Source: Ylistrum balloti | Lineage: Eukaryota | Assembly (NCBI RefSeq): GCF_031769215.1 | Contig: NW_026782349.1 | Span: forward strand, 367,634 to 431,633 | DNA length: 64,000 nucleotides | Direction of reading: 5' to 3' | Shown here: positions 1-14,280 of the stretch, piece after piece | Position numbering within the stretch: the stretch's first letter is position 1 | How the letters are laid out: every line of letters starts with the position of its first letter | Notes under the pieces: generated by a model | Told to the model about the DNA's origin: nothing | The model's input: only the letters and a program-made list of their open reading frames with translations | Database searches by the model: none | Position numbers and translations under genes: made by a program

Positions 1-750
1 GATGTTCTGCAATTGTAAACACGTCCTGGTGATGTTCTGCAAGTGTAGACACATCCCTCTGATGTTCTGCAAGTGTAGACACATCTTGTTGATGTTCTCC
101 AAGTGTAAACACATCCTGTTGATGTTCTGCAATTGTAGACACATGGTACTGATGTTCTGCAAGTGTAGACACATCCCTCTAATGTTCTGCAGTGTAGACA
201 CATCCTTCTTATGTTCTGCAAGTGTAGACACATCCTACTGATGTTCTGCAAGTGTAGAGACATCCTGCAGATGTTCTGCAATTGTAGACACATCCTGCAG
301 ATGTTCTGCAATTGTAGACACATCCTGCTGATGTTCTGCAAGTGTAAACACATCCTGCTGATGTTCTGCAAGTGTAGACACATCCCTCTGATGTTCTGCA
401 GTGTAGACACATTCTTCTTATGTTCTGCAAGTGTAGACACATCCTACTGATGTTCTGCAAGTGTAGAGACGTCCTGCAGATGTTCTGCAATTGTAGACAC
501 ATCCTGCTGATGTTCTGCAAGTGTAAACACATCCTGCTGATGTTCTGCAAGTGTAGACACATCCTACTGATGTTCTGCAAGTGTAAACACATCCTGCTGA
601 TGTTCTGCAAGTGTAGACACATCCCTCTGATGTTCTGCAAGTGTAGATACATCCTACTGATGTTATGCAAGTGTAGAGACATCTTGTTGATGTTCTGCAA
701 GTGTAGACACATCCTGCTGATGTTCTGCAAGTGTAGACAATCCTGCTGAT
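1..750. repeat. Minisatellite with a 30-bp unit (consensus gatgttctgcaagtgtagacacatcctgct), about 25 copies. The array is cut by the window start, so it continues upstream.
   Basis: The tandem periodicity is directly visible. Units vary at a few positions (aag/aat, agaca/aaaca, cctgct/cctact/ccctct/ttgtt). Two 29-bp units at about 181-209 and 391-419 shift the frame of the spurious ORFs. Confidence 0.95.
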
Positions 751-3700
751 GTTCTGAAAATGAAGATATGTTCTACAGAAGTTCTACATGTGAAAATTGG
801 TCATGCTGGTAATCAGCACATGTAAATGCACCCTTTTGATGTTCTGTAACTACAGACAAATCCAGTAGATAATCCATGCATCTTACTGTTAGACAAGTGC
901 AGAGGAATCCTGTTGATGGTCCTTAAGCATATGTAGGCTTGCATGCTAATAGTACACAAGCTTAAGCGCAGTGTTCTACAACTGTTGACAACCTGTTGAT
1001 ATTATGGAAGTGTAGTTCTGGTTTTAAACTACTAAAGGTAGAGACGACTATCCAGTTAAATTTATTAGAGATTTAAGTGTTGGAAAAAGTAGTCATTTTG
1101 TTACTGTAGATAATTGTAAATACATGTACATAAAGTCTAAACAGCTCTAGGATGCACAATATATATATAGTTATGATTTGAGAATTAAAAAAACAATTTG
1201 GAAAAATAAGGCAATCTTCATCAGCCTGCATCTCTCGAAACGATGCCATCGGAACCACCTGGTATACTAAAGAGCATCACATACCTCCAACTTCGTAGCG
1301 CACAAGGAAATATACACAGTAGGTTCGAGATGCACGAAGGAATACTGCTATCCAGAAATGGAACATTCACAATTGGGAAAATGAAATCATTATGATTATC
1401 ATCAAGCTTGGTGGAAAGCTGTCCCTATTGTTTTTTTTGCAGTAAGTAAAGATTGCGGTATGCAAGCTGCGGTGTCCTTGATATCCATTTCAGGTGGGTA
1501 TGCACGATGGTCAAGGAACTCTTGTTACAATAAAGTTAAGTTTATCAAAGTTATCTACCCATGCCTAAACAAAAAACTCTAAATCAAAATCGATGAAGGG
1601 GGGGCGAAATTTGAAAAATGGAAATGTTGACACAGCCACACATGAAAAGTAAAACGACTATCAATAGGTATTACAGATTGAAAACTGGTGAAGCAAATAT
1701 GCATCCCTTTTAATCTCAATTTTGAGTATGTATTGTGACTATATGACAGTTACCATGATTCAACAATATCAGGTATATGGCAGTACGAAGCTAGCACAGC
1801 CAGTAGTTAATAATCTATTAATTAAAATACCGATATCCCAACAGTATCCGAATTCAAACTCAAACTGGATCAAACGAGAGGAAAATATGAACACTGGAAT
1901 CGCTGAAACAGAAACCCGTGATCAGTGAAAGAAGAAAAATATTATGTTCCTGAATCATTTGATCTCACTTTTAGAATATATGCTTGATGTGGTTGAAAAG
2001 AACATCGTATATGGTAGTAAGTAGTAGGAATAAGGAATGAGTTTATCAATAGGCAGAGTCTATGATTGATAATTTTATGAGGTGTCATAATCGTGTACAA
2101 ATCAAAGTTTTGGTTTTTCAATCCTCGGATGATTATCTGAAACAATTAAAACACTAGGACTAGCCGATATTAATCTATCGAAACATTGGAAGATGTACTG
2201 ATAGAGTGCCATTGTTTACACGTAAAACCGGTACATATAATGATGCTATGCCGACATATTTTGTGTAGATCGTTGATATAGACTCTTGATTTGCGTTGTG
2301 GATTTCAAACCGATAACCGACTTTGATAGTTATTTAACAAGTTCTCGTTGAGCCCACTGTCTGTCCAATTAATCCCATCATGTTGGTACCTTATCAATGT
2401 GGATGTTTGTGCATGATATAAGCTCTAATGAACTGAACTACCAGTATTATCCTACCAGTACACAATATAATGATAATAGTTCACCTTAGTTTCATATGTT
2501 CGTGTGTACTAGGCTTGCTCTGCATTAGATTGGCGAATACTTTTACCTCTCCCACAAATTCTCTCGCCTCCAGTGTCTTCTTTGGGTTCAAAATGTCTTT
2601 CCTATAGATTTTCACTCGTTCTGAACTTGTTGGTGAAGATTTTTCAACCCAATAATGATCTCAAGGGAGAATCATTTGATTGTCTTACACGATATGAAGT
2701 TGAGGTGTGTAGATAATCATTGACATATCTAGTGGTTTCCAGAACAGGAACTTCTTGAACACCTTCTTATACTTTTTCTATTGACGGTATCCGTGTAAAT
2801 GTTTCTTTTTTCATTCATTTTTTGTCATTTCTTGGTTGATTTTTAGTTTGAATAAGAATTTGTTAACGGGTGATTACTGTTTTTTGATACCGAGTTAAGA
2901 TGACATACGGTGTTCAATAGTTTCCATTTCACTTAGTGATTTCTAAACCAAGAAGTGTGTTAAATGACAAATGAATTTTGTGAAGTATTGTTTCGACACA
3001 ATACACATCAAAGGACTATCCATGTCACATTTCATTTGACAACCACATATTTTGATTAATATGTCTACACACACCTACCTTGTCACACGTCTTGTGACGA
3101 TGGAGTTTCCTGTCCATTTCCGCGTTTATCAAGTATAGAAAAAGCTTTAACGACGAAACCAGTCAACGAGTACATTGTATTTCCTTATAAGTCGCTATAT
3201 TAACCAATATGCGCATTTCAGTTCTAACTTATACACATAAATTTTGGCGTTAAAATATTACTATGGAAACACCTTTTGGATTACTCCTCTGTTTTCAACA
3301 ATACAGACGATATCCGGTATACAACGAGTAAGTTTATTCAAATTTGAACATCTAAGTGTATTTCAGTCGAATACTATCTTGATTTGCCAGTTTGCAATTC
3401 GAATCGTTCTTTAATAAAAAATTTCATTGACATATAGCTGTAAGGTTAATGGCCATATAGAACCGTTCAACGTGATACGTGTATTATTGTCCGACAATCT
3501 GGTTAGACATTATTTACAATTAAACACCATCTACATATACGTACGGAACTATTTTTATCTCGCATTATGAGAACATATAGTTCAACACTACAGTGAGAGC
3601 GAAAATCGCCCGGAGGCTGTAAACCAGGAATAACACTAAATCTACACTTTTCTTTCACTATAAAAATCTTGTACCAAACATAAAATAACAAGAGTTCTTA

Positions 3701-4020
3701 TTTTCAAGGGAATACATTGAGTTTATTAATTCAGGTATACTATACTTTCTAACTGATAAAGAATACAAAAATACCAGATGTTAATGAATTTTTAATGAGT
3801 TATTAGTATACTTTATTTATAATGCAATTCATTCGTCCATGAACACACATAAATACATAACTGGAAATCATGTCAAAAGAAACGCAATAATTTTAATACC
3901 TAATCATCACGGTTTGTCACTGCGTTTACAATACTTGGAAATGTTAAGTGTTTGTACATAAACAGATACCGGATCTCAAATATATGATTAAGTATATGTA
4001 AGTTATGAGGTTATCTTGAG

Positions 4021-4076
4021 CACACACACACACACACCCTCACCCTCACTCACACACACACACGCAACACACACAA
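4021..4076. repeat. Imperfect (CA)n microsatellite
   Basis: The sequence reads cacacacacacacacaccctcaccctcactcacacacacacacgcaacacacacaac. Confidence 0.9.
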
Positions 4077-7000
4077 CAAAACAAAAAAGAAACCGCTAAT
4101 AATCATATCGTGCAAGGATAAAAAAACGTTTTTCAATGAGATCATTTTGGTGAGAATCAAGTCTTTACCAAACTGGAAACCAGTTGTTGAAAGTTATTTT
4201 ACATCAATTAAAAATTCACAAACTTATGTTAATGACCATAAGAACACCGTGGAAATGAAGCTCGGTTGCCATTGATCTAGTGAATTGTAATAAACGTCGA
4301 GACTGCCATATCGGATGACGAATTAGTTTGAAAATAAAATCATCAGGTCAAGGTCATGGGAATGACTATATATGCAAATCGACAACATTTCAATTGCATA
4401 TGCTATGGTTACTATCCTCATCTCGACGTACTTTTGTCACATTTCTCCGGTCCCGGCATTTTACTGAATTGCTTGGCTAGGTATATCAGACGGCGGACAG
4501 ACGACAGGTGATGTACCATGACATGAAATTAGTTGAAACAGTGCATTCTTTATCTGATAGGCCATCATTATTGCCTGTACCGACAATATATTGCGGATGA
4601 GAAAACACGTGAAGCTCATATTTATTCATTCCTTTTCCAGACAACACTTTGGCCCTTTTTATTTATCCAATTATGGCATGTTGGAGACATCAGAAACTAT
4701 GTCATTGTCCAGACTGAAGTAACAAGAGAAGCAACATGCACTATTTACACTGGATAGAGAGAGAGTGAGAGCAATCCGGTTAATGCCATTTGACCTACTT
4801 GATCACCAATGCACAGGAATCAGTTCTTCAAACAAAGGTCTTCACGATAGCAACAATCAATACAGTTAACCTTCTTCTGTCCTCTACAAGACATTCATAT
4901 TGTACGGTATGACTGCGGTCGACAACCGTTCCATCACTCTGGGTATATCTACGATGTATTTCTTTGATACGATTCATTCTGTTCTTAGCTTTCATGTTAC
5001 GACAGTTTCTGATAGGAGTAGTATGAATAAAATGAAACAGAAGTAACAAAGATACAGCGAAATGATTCAGATTTCCATGGGTTCACTACCACGCAGTATT
5101 GGTAATATGTCTACAACGGCACCAGTAGGTGACTAACGGGAACCATGAGTAATGAACGTAGGCGGTGAAACTAATCAATTGAAAAGATGAAATCACAGCA
5201 ATCCAACAAATCCTACATATAACTATTTTGCAACTCGTATAACGGGTCAAATCGCTCTTCATCAGAAACCCCAGTGAGAATAACTTTATCTAAGACCGAG
5301 ACGTGACAATGAAAATCGATCAGTTAAGTTGTCAGACCTTTTACCACACTATCTTCTACAAGAAGAAAATGTACACACAATGCAATCATATATTTTACAG
5401 AGATGTGTTAATATTGAGTAGAAGCCAAATCGAATGCCTTTTTTTCCAAAGTCAATGTACGAAGCATTTATTGTTATTGGGTTGCATTGGGGTATTAGAA
5501 CGTTTACTGCATACTCTACGACAGATCTCTTTAAAATTTCTTTCAGAAGCATGTATGATACGTGACGATTTGTGAAATGAAATGGAGTACAATAACTCGT
5601 CAATCTCTTTATTCGGGATAAACAAAGGGGACACCCATTCTTAAAATCTCAAAACGAAACTAGAATTAGGATATGAAATGAAATTATGATGACGATATCA
5701 TTTAGTCTTCTTGTATGTGCTCCCTATCACTTTCTCTGCGTCATGGAAATGACATACATTAAGAAAGCATGAATGTTACGGTCTGGAAAATGGGAGGTCG
5801 AACTGAACAAGATGCCAATAGACCTTAGTGATAGACTATCATTTTTAATTTTCATGGGGTCACGATATTTGGTTAAAGTGTTGGCCTACACAACCTCAGT
5901 TAACGATCCGAGGTGCGTGGTTCGACATTTCTTATACGTGGTGGTTTGTGTTTAGAAACGAATCGGTTTGTGATGTCTTGAGTTGTCTCCTTTGGCATGA
6001 CACTTTATCCTAATTGCTCTGGACTGTATGCGACGTGTCTCACGTATGTTGTTCAGTAAGGTAGCCACTAGCTACTTCAAAGCCTCAAGCGATCCGGCTT
6101 TTCATTGGGAGATAAATTCAACAAACAAAGACAAACAAACAAGTGAAGAACAAATGTCAGTGGTGTCTTTGATTTCAAGTTCCCGTGTGTTTATCTTATC
6201 AACCTGGTTGATATATGTAGCATGTTTTCTTTCGTTTTAATTGGAATATTGGAATACAAAGGTATGATTAGATAACACTTTGGTTCAGTTTACAGGCCTG
6301 TCAAGACTATATAAAGCAGTTCCCCGTAATTAAGGGTCTGGAGATATAAAAAAAATATCGCTATAAAAAATAATGCTAACAAGAGAATTCTGATTTACAT
6401 AAATATTTGTAAGTTTTATTTATCGTGTCTTCTGAGCAAGAGACAATTAATATAGAAGTATTCATGGTCGAAACATCGCCAATAAACAGTATGTCAGTGT
6501 TAAATGGTCTGTGTATGATTTTGACTGCCAATACATACAATTTTTTAATGTTGTACACATATACAGTTAAATCTAAAATATCTATTCGATCAGAACCGCA
6601 TACAGTTTTTCTATCTTAGAAAGGGAGCCCATTAGGCTTAATATAGACAATATCTACGTTGTGAATATGACTAAGTGAATCCCGTTAAGTTATGTCCTTT
6701 TATCCATATCAATGTGAAAATGTGAAAAGAAGTATGATATTTTCAAGATGGCGGCTACAGCGGCCATATTGGATTTCGGACCGATCTCCCAAAATAATCA
6801 GACTTAGGATTATCTCATGGTCATTTCTGGCTAGTTTCAACTGAATCCCATTTTTGAAATTTCAATGGATTTAAAAATATGAAAAGAATAGGAAAAGCGG
6901 ATGTGCAAGACGCCAGACACGATGACTATACATGTTGGTCATCCTAACTCTTCGGTTCAAGCGACCTAAAAAGCATGACAATATAAAAAATGATTCACAA

Positions 7001-10000
7001 TTTAAATCATTATCAAATCTTTGATGTTTTCTCATCGTGTACCAAAATTAGAGGATGAATGATCAGATCAGTATTATGTTACATTTGAGCCAAGAAAATA
7101 TCACGAAACTACAAAGTTTTCACACTGTAACAACATTTATTAATTTCAAGTATACAATAATATAACAACAATATTATGTTTACATCTGGTAAATATACGT
7201 ACAACAAAATAATGCAAAGTTTGTGTAAATCGTAACAGGGTAATGACATAAGAGCAACACATACATTGTAAACAAGCATAACGACAAAAGTATTACAGTG
7301 TGCAACAGATGTCTTGTAAGTAATCAACATCGTGAAATATACATTACCAAGAGAGTAAGAATACAAGGAATGTCCTATATGACTTTGAATAGTTTACTTA
7401 CTGTAGAAATTGATCGTGTTAGGTCATCAATGACGAAGGCAACAGTGGTTTACCTGTTATATTAACGTAATACTACGGAAAGAGATTTCGATTTAGGTCT
7501 AGTTTTTTCCCCATCACGTTTGTCTTTATGATCTTGGAAACCTTCCATATATAACATGAAACATCTATGAAGGTCATTCTTCTTGCTTTTCTGGTGCTTT
7601 GTGTTGTTTGTCTGTAATAACAAAACAGTAAGATAACATGGATATCCTCCAGCCGACAAAGTTAACCACATGGAAACATTGTTAACACGCATTACAGGAT
7701 AGCTGTTCACTTCTATAGAAGCTAAACACAGGTGGTCTGTATATATGTCAGGAATGCACGCGTTTTACAAAGTTAATACTCCCTTCAACCATTCTTTGTA
7801 TGTACCTTTATCATTTTTGTATAGTATACCAAGTTCAAGGAAGAACAATATCATGAACAATTCTTGGTTGTTAGGGTTCTGCATTCAGTTACAATTCAGG
7901 TACCATCTTGTAACCTTTATGCAAATGCTAGACATTAAATACAGAAAAAAGGTTTGTTTGGGTGTGACAATATCATGAAGCAGTTTGTAATTCAGGGATA
8001 TGATTTTAATACACATTGTTATCATCCCAAACTGCTGGTCGTTAGAGGCGACTAGTTATGCGGCCGACAAAATCAGGAGTATTCTTCTTTACCTTCTTTA
8101 AAGGAGACATTGAAGAGACCAAAACTGATTTGCTGTCCTCATTGTTCCTCCCCTACCTGTCTATTCTAGCTTTCTCTCCGAAGACATCCATCCATATATG
8201 ATAATGCATGACAATGGCTGTTGCGAGGATGCAAGACCAAACAAACAAAAATGTCGTTTTTCTGCGACTTATGGTTTTCAAATGGTTGAAAAATCGTTAT
8301 ACATATGAATGAGTATGACAATATGAATACCTTTAAAAGGCGATTATCGGGATGCTAAGGTAGTATTATTGTAAAGGTCACTTTGACTATTTCTATAAAC
8401 CAGGTGTCATTGCTGTAATGGTTTTCATTGATATAATAGAACTAGGATTTGATATCACTTAAAATAGGTCTCCGTTTCAATGTCCTGTGATTTAAGAACA
8501 ATGTCTAAACCACCACGGCTCTATCATGTCTTAACTAATTGATAGTAAACAAAACAAATTTAAAAGGAATCGTCATGATTCTGTCAATTAAACCTCTTCA
8601 AAAACATAGATGTACCGATCTGACACATCATCATTAAGCTCGTCATCCAATCATTGATGATATTATAACTTGATCATTGCAAACCCATTACTAGTACAAC
8701 CACAATGAAAAATATCTAACGATTAATAATGAATACTAACGTTATTGAAGGCCAATATCTAAACACCGATCATAGCAGTCACTGATGTGAAGCCTGTCCC
8801 GATGGATTTCGTGGTGCATATTTCATTATTCTGTCCAGCAATCGAATGGCATTTCCCACTTCGGTGTCAGTCTTTTTTGCTTTTCTTTTCATTTCAAGGT
8901 CGCGATTTAGCAACACGGATTAAGGATGAAAAAATATAATTGTCTGATATCTTTACTTTATGCACATTTTCAGGGCAAAAAAAAACTTATTGTTACTTTT
9001 AGCAAAACTATCCCTAGAGGTGGCAAAGGTAATAGTTATTTATCTGTTTCTGATCAGTCTGATGTTACATAAATGGTATGGTACCTGTAAAATTGGAAGA
9101 CTGTAAACAAGGACACTGTAATCACTTACTTGCCAAATTTAGTCTGCGTTGTCGTATGATGTCTAACTCATGTTTCATCTTGAAAATAGTTCCGAGAACC
9201 TTTAGCTGCATCTGCAAGAATAAAGCAGTGTGCAGATACTAAAATCTGGTCAGCAGTTAATGATACCGGAGTGAACTCACCAAGGGATCATCACTTAAAG
9301 CTAAACCAGTGAAATATATTTATCATCAATTTAACATTCTGGCGAAATCTCATATCTTATACATGAACCTATCTCATATTTCTGATAAGACCGGTTATAT
9401 TTGGATAAGCTCTAAATAATTAATTGGAGATTTCGAGTTTAGTTCGCCTAGAACAGGCTGTCTTGGTTTTTGTGCCGTCAAGAACAAAAGAAAATAAATC
9501 TAATGACGTGAGCTTAAAATGAAACCATGCACAATGCACAATTAATGAAGTGCATATTTTCATTGATAGAAGAACAACCCTTACTTTGACATTCAGAACC
9601 TCTCGGGATTCCACGTCCACCACGATAATGACATCTTCACGTAGCCCGTGATTAACTATTCGGTGATGACAAAGTCCATACACAAACCATTTTTATTCCC
9701 AATACTAGCAGACTACGCATTTTCAGTAGCAGAATCATTGATCAGCAATGAATATCCATCATGTTCAGTTCTTGTCAATAATAGCATTAAGAAACACTTC
9801 AAGTCCATTTTATTTAATATAACGATATCCATAATTATAATAATTAAAACAAACATGCTCATGACAATTATGTTCTGTTTTCTTCTTGATACTAAAGAGG
9901 TGTTTTGACTAATTAGTATGACTATCCTTCACATAAAATTCTGAGTTCCCTCTGTCGTCTCCTGGATTTAACAATACAGCAGCACTGCTCTGTGATGTCG

Positions 10001-11936
10001 TTAAATTAGTTATTCTGTTATACCCATGTTCGTGCTTTGTACAGTCTTGTACAGAGCAAAATAAAGCAACTTTGACAATATCATAATCCTGATTAAGCAA
10101 AAATGAGTGTCTTTAAGGACATCTGTGATAGAAGTATATTACAGGACAGGCAAACATGTAATTAAAATCTACATGTATTAATGTAAAGAGTTATCACGAA
10201 GTTTAAATTAAGTGACAATATTAGCACATCTCATAAAGAACTATATTGCATCTCCGCATCAATCAAAAATATTCAATCAGTAAGTTTTGGATGCTAGCAT
10301 ATATATGTTATACAAAGTGCTTGACTAGATTTATCCCCTCTGAAGCAAATTATCTTACGTCATTATTTACTGCAAGATGTTCTAAATCCTGTCAGAAAAA
10401 TATTGCAAAAGGAAATATGATTTCCGCTATACAGAGAGATCGTGTTATCATAAAGTTTCCTGATTGTCTGTGTAAGTCTTGTTCATACTTTGCTCCCGTT
10501 TCATTGAGTTTGAATTAAGATTCTGTTGAACTGTCGGTATTTTGTTGTGTAAAATAAATCATCTACGATCGATACAGCCAGACTAATCGATGAACATCAA
10601 GTTAATTGCAACGTAATTCCGTAGCAACAAAATGAATTAAAAGGAATTATATAAATCACCCAAATCAGATCATTGGGATTGCTGAATCGACCAGTGCAAT
10701 GCGATTTAAGGTAAGGAGGAGACCGTGTAGGAAAAATACAGTTACCTAATTAATTATACGGGACTAGCTTTAAAATTGTTACTTCGACCTGTTTATTCCA
10801 CGGCAGAGTTTCAGTTTACATCATCGATGAAAATATGTTCAACGTATCTGAAGTAATTGCTAAACTTTACACTTTTCTTTGTTTTATTCTACGTAAACAT
10901 CATTTTATTGTTGACTTGGGTAGTTGTAACTAAATATTTATCCCAGCTTCCACTAATAATGTCATAGATTTAGTATTATTAAATCATGGTTGCAGTTAAC
11001 TTATACTTTAAGAACTGAATAAAAGAAGGAGAATTCCAAACAATTTTTAACGATTTTGATTATATACCCTCCTGAAAACTGTGCCTTCTAAAAAGCATTT
11101 TATTGTTCCCCACTGTAAACGACCGCTTTCATTTCCTTTTCATGGCAGCTTTCGTGTCAAAGGTTGTACAAAAGACACACAAGTGAATGACGAATGGTGG
11201 CACAATTGTATGGCTATTAACTATAACTGAGCTCTGGTTGGCGATACTTCCTTCATCAAATGTTGACTTAACCTTAAAACGTCCAGTAACCAGCTAACGT
11301 TAATGGTAACCTTCTTAACAAACCAGGATAGGTCCATATTGTTAATTATTAAGCAGAATGGAACTAGGGCGTTTTTATCATGGCCAAAATCGTCCATGAA
11401 GGGTTGTTTTCAATCAGGAAAAATAATGTTCATCATAAAGAAGGGATTTCGCCTATATAATTAAAACGTTGAAATTATTATATATATGTGTGTGTGTTTT
11501 CGTGACGAGTTTGACTTGTGTTGTTTCTGTTAAAATTTGAGATCCGATTTACCATACTTCGATATTCGTTATACCACTGTGTTGTTTCCATTTCTTACAG
11601 TTATTTTGCTACCTTTTCAGATCAGGATAAGAAGTGCTGAGTGAGGCGAGGTGTTTGTGTAAGGTATGCAATGCAATAATGCAAAATCATTACCAGTCCT
11701 CGACTGACATTGAAGTATGATGTCATAAAAACATATAAAATAATTATCGATTCATTATTGGTATTGTTTTATTTGATAATTCTATTGAGTGTTAAAATGG
11801 GTTTTTTCTGATTTAGAAAATCAGAAAATCAAGAGAATTTTGCTTGCTGTTGGCAGCAAAGATACTGTTGAATATTACATAAATATCGAAATTGCATTTT
11901 TTCAACCATTTGATAGAGGTCTTGTAACATCTATTA

Positions 11937-12009
11937 GCCGAAATAGCTCAGTTGGGAGAGCGTTAGACTGAAGATCTAAAGGTCCCTGGTTCGATCCCGG
12001 GTTTCGGCA
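11937..12009 (+). tRNA. tRNA-Phe-GAA: tRNA-Phe (anticodon GAA), 73 nt
   Basis: The sequence gccgaaatagctcagttgggagagcgttagactgaagatctaaaggtccctggttcgatcccgggtttcggca is the canonical metazoan cytosolic tRNA-Phe. The anticodon GAA sits at nt 34-36. The A box is TAGCTCAGTTGG and the B box is GGTTCGATCC. No CCA is encoded, which is the eukaryotic arrangement. Confidence 0.95.
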
Positions 12010-12028
12010 TTTGTATTTGCTTTTATTT
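12010..12028 (+). terminator. Pol III terminator T-run downstream of tRNA-Phe
   Basis: The sequence tttgtatttgcttttattt immediately follows the acceptor stem. A run of four or more T lies at 12021-12024. Confidence 0.6.
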
Positions 12029-14280
12029 CAAGTTAATTATTATGTACCACTTACATTCATTGGGCGTGAATACAAAGAAAAAATATAACATACTCCTTAA
12101 AGATTTTCTCCGCTATATTTGCACTGTTAAATGTCAAACAAAACGGAAAATTATACCATGAACTGGAGGACAATAAAAATAATCCACAAAATATAATACA
12201 TAATTCCATTGCTTCGTAAACTGGACAGACCATGTGTTTTGGCAACATATCCTCTCTGACGCATAAACTGCGTTCATGTAACACTTTATCTCCTGGCATC
12301 AAAAACGGTCAATATCAAATTTAGCGAGAATTTCATCAAAGACTCTGAGAAAGCCCACACAGGGCTTCTTTTGAAAAATATTGACGATCTACCGACGACA
12401 AACTTCATTGTGTAAACATACTAATTACTTCAGACAGAAAAGAACAAAAGTCATATCAAAAGTCATCTTCGATTACACTGATGGGAAACGGCAAACAGAT
12501 AATTAATAATGAAAATCGTATTGTGGGATTTTTTTCAAATAAACGATATTGTGTAACCAGTTACTAAAACTGTGACATTAACTGGTCGATGCTAAGTGAC
12601 ATTGCGACCTTGAATGACCATATGACGTTTGAATAAATAGTGTAACAATTCCATCTCATCAAAGCATACAGGTGGTTCACAAGAAACAAAAGATGACAAT
12701 TCACACGTGTAAGGATATCATTACGACACTTAACTAACTTACCATTCTTTTGTCTTTTCTTACAGCCATCTTCTTTTTCGATGATTGCTGTATGGTTACA
12801 GAACTTACTTTCTGGTGAACAGCTATTCCCAATCCGTCTACAATCATTGCCGATGCCGATGTCGTCATTTTCCGTTTTTCGCATTCATTTTTTGTCCTTT
12901 TATCTTTTGTAGTTTTCATTTGCAATCGAGCGTGTTTGTTTTGTAGCGACGTTGAATCGACCTGTCTGTCAGTAATTGTAGTTACACCCAATGAATCGCA
13001 CGTGTCAAGGAAATATCCCATGTCATTTTCCTGTGTCCGTGTTTGTTGACCTGGGTTTGACGTTATAGACGGATTTATCATGGACTGGCTGTATGGTGTA
13101 GAAAATGTGTACAGCTTCCTTACTTCTCTTTTACCCATGTTGACCATCATCTGTTTAGTCTTATTCAAATTCCCCTTGGTCGATGTGCTGAAAAAGAAGA
13201 GAGAAAAAGTAGAGTATTACTTGAAGATTCAAGTACTTCTGATAAATCTCTTTAGATTTGTTTTAGTTTCGCGAAGAATTAGGTCATCATTACAACCCTC
13301 GAAACAGTCCGTTTCTCGACACATATCACTAACATGCGATTAAAAAAAGGAGGACCATTAATATTCAAGTCTTAATGTTGATATCCAGAGCGAGATGAAA
13401 ATAGTACAGCATGCCAATTGATTGTATATTTTTGTCAAAACATTGCACCTTAGAACTGACAATTTCTCGGCATGTAACTATTTGACGTCTTTAAAATCTT
13501 TGATTTTTTTTCTCTCTAATATTCGTGTAGATTCCGGGTGAATTTAAATATAAGCGTTAATCTCCAAAATGAGAAAAATCCGTTTAGCAATTGCCTGTTA
13601 CGGTACCATCGTCTTCTAATGTTAATATTACAGTATTTAAATTCAAGTTAACCAATCAACATTTCCCCCTAATTCAGTCGTGGAAAAGGAAGTATTACGT
13701 TAGCTTTCGGGAATTATCAACAGATTAAGTATCATGTACATATATCTTAACATAATAGGTCAATATATCCCTGGTCACTAAGAGTGGTTGACAAATGTTT
13801 AATGTTTTATGTGAAATTTTCCATTACGTAAATTTCTAGATAACTGTAAATTTTAGCATAGTAATGATTTTAAAGGTGACGTCACTTTCCCTGAAATTTA
13901 ATTCGCGCAAACCGGGTGTATGCGTGTTTCTTGATCTGCTGGACTATGAACTGATTTGAAGTATAGGACGTTTAACATGCATGTGTTAATATAAATGATT
14001 TTGTTATATTATGAGTGTGTTGACAGAATAGGCTAGTTTTTTTTCGTATACAACTCAATGTGTGGTTCCAGCGACTGTGTATGATAGCTTGATAAATATA
14101 TCGTCAGTTTTATTCACAGGAAATGTTAAGAAACAAGTTGTGTTTATGAAACACTATTCCCTCGGTTGCAACCAAATTCTGAAGTGGGACATTAAAAATC
14201 GTACTGTGTTAAGCATGTGCTAATTGCTTGCACACCTTGTTAACTTTGTGTATTAAAGCCTACCTCTTGCATTGCAATAG

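Noticed and set aside
2-749. Four overlapping ORFs (79-173 aa, both strands) within the first 750 bp
   Set aside because: They lie entirely inside the 30-bp minisatellite. They are periodic pseudo-peptides (MFCKCRHILL…), and the reading frames break exactly at the 29-bp variant units. I judge them non-coding.
5303-5634. Cluster of three overlapping ORFs of 60-90 aa
   Set aside because: They are AT-rich, mutually overlapping in different frames, and show no domain resemblance. This is typical background ORF noise.
12564-13168. Two overlapping minus-strand ORFs (106 and 144 aa) near the tRNA gene
   Set aside because: They are low-complexity, Lys/Thr/Ser-rich translations with no recognisable domain or splice-consistent structure. 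They most likely arise by chance in AT-rich DNA. I could not support a gene call.
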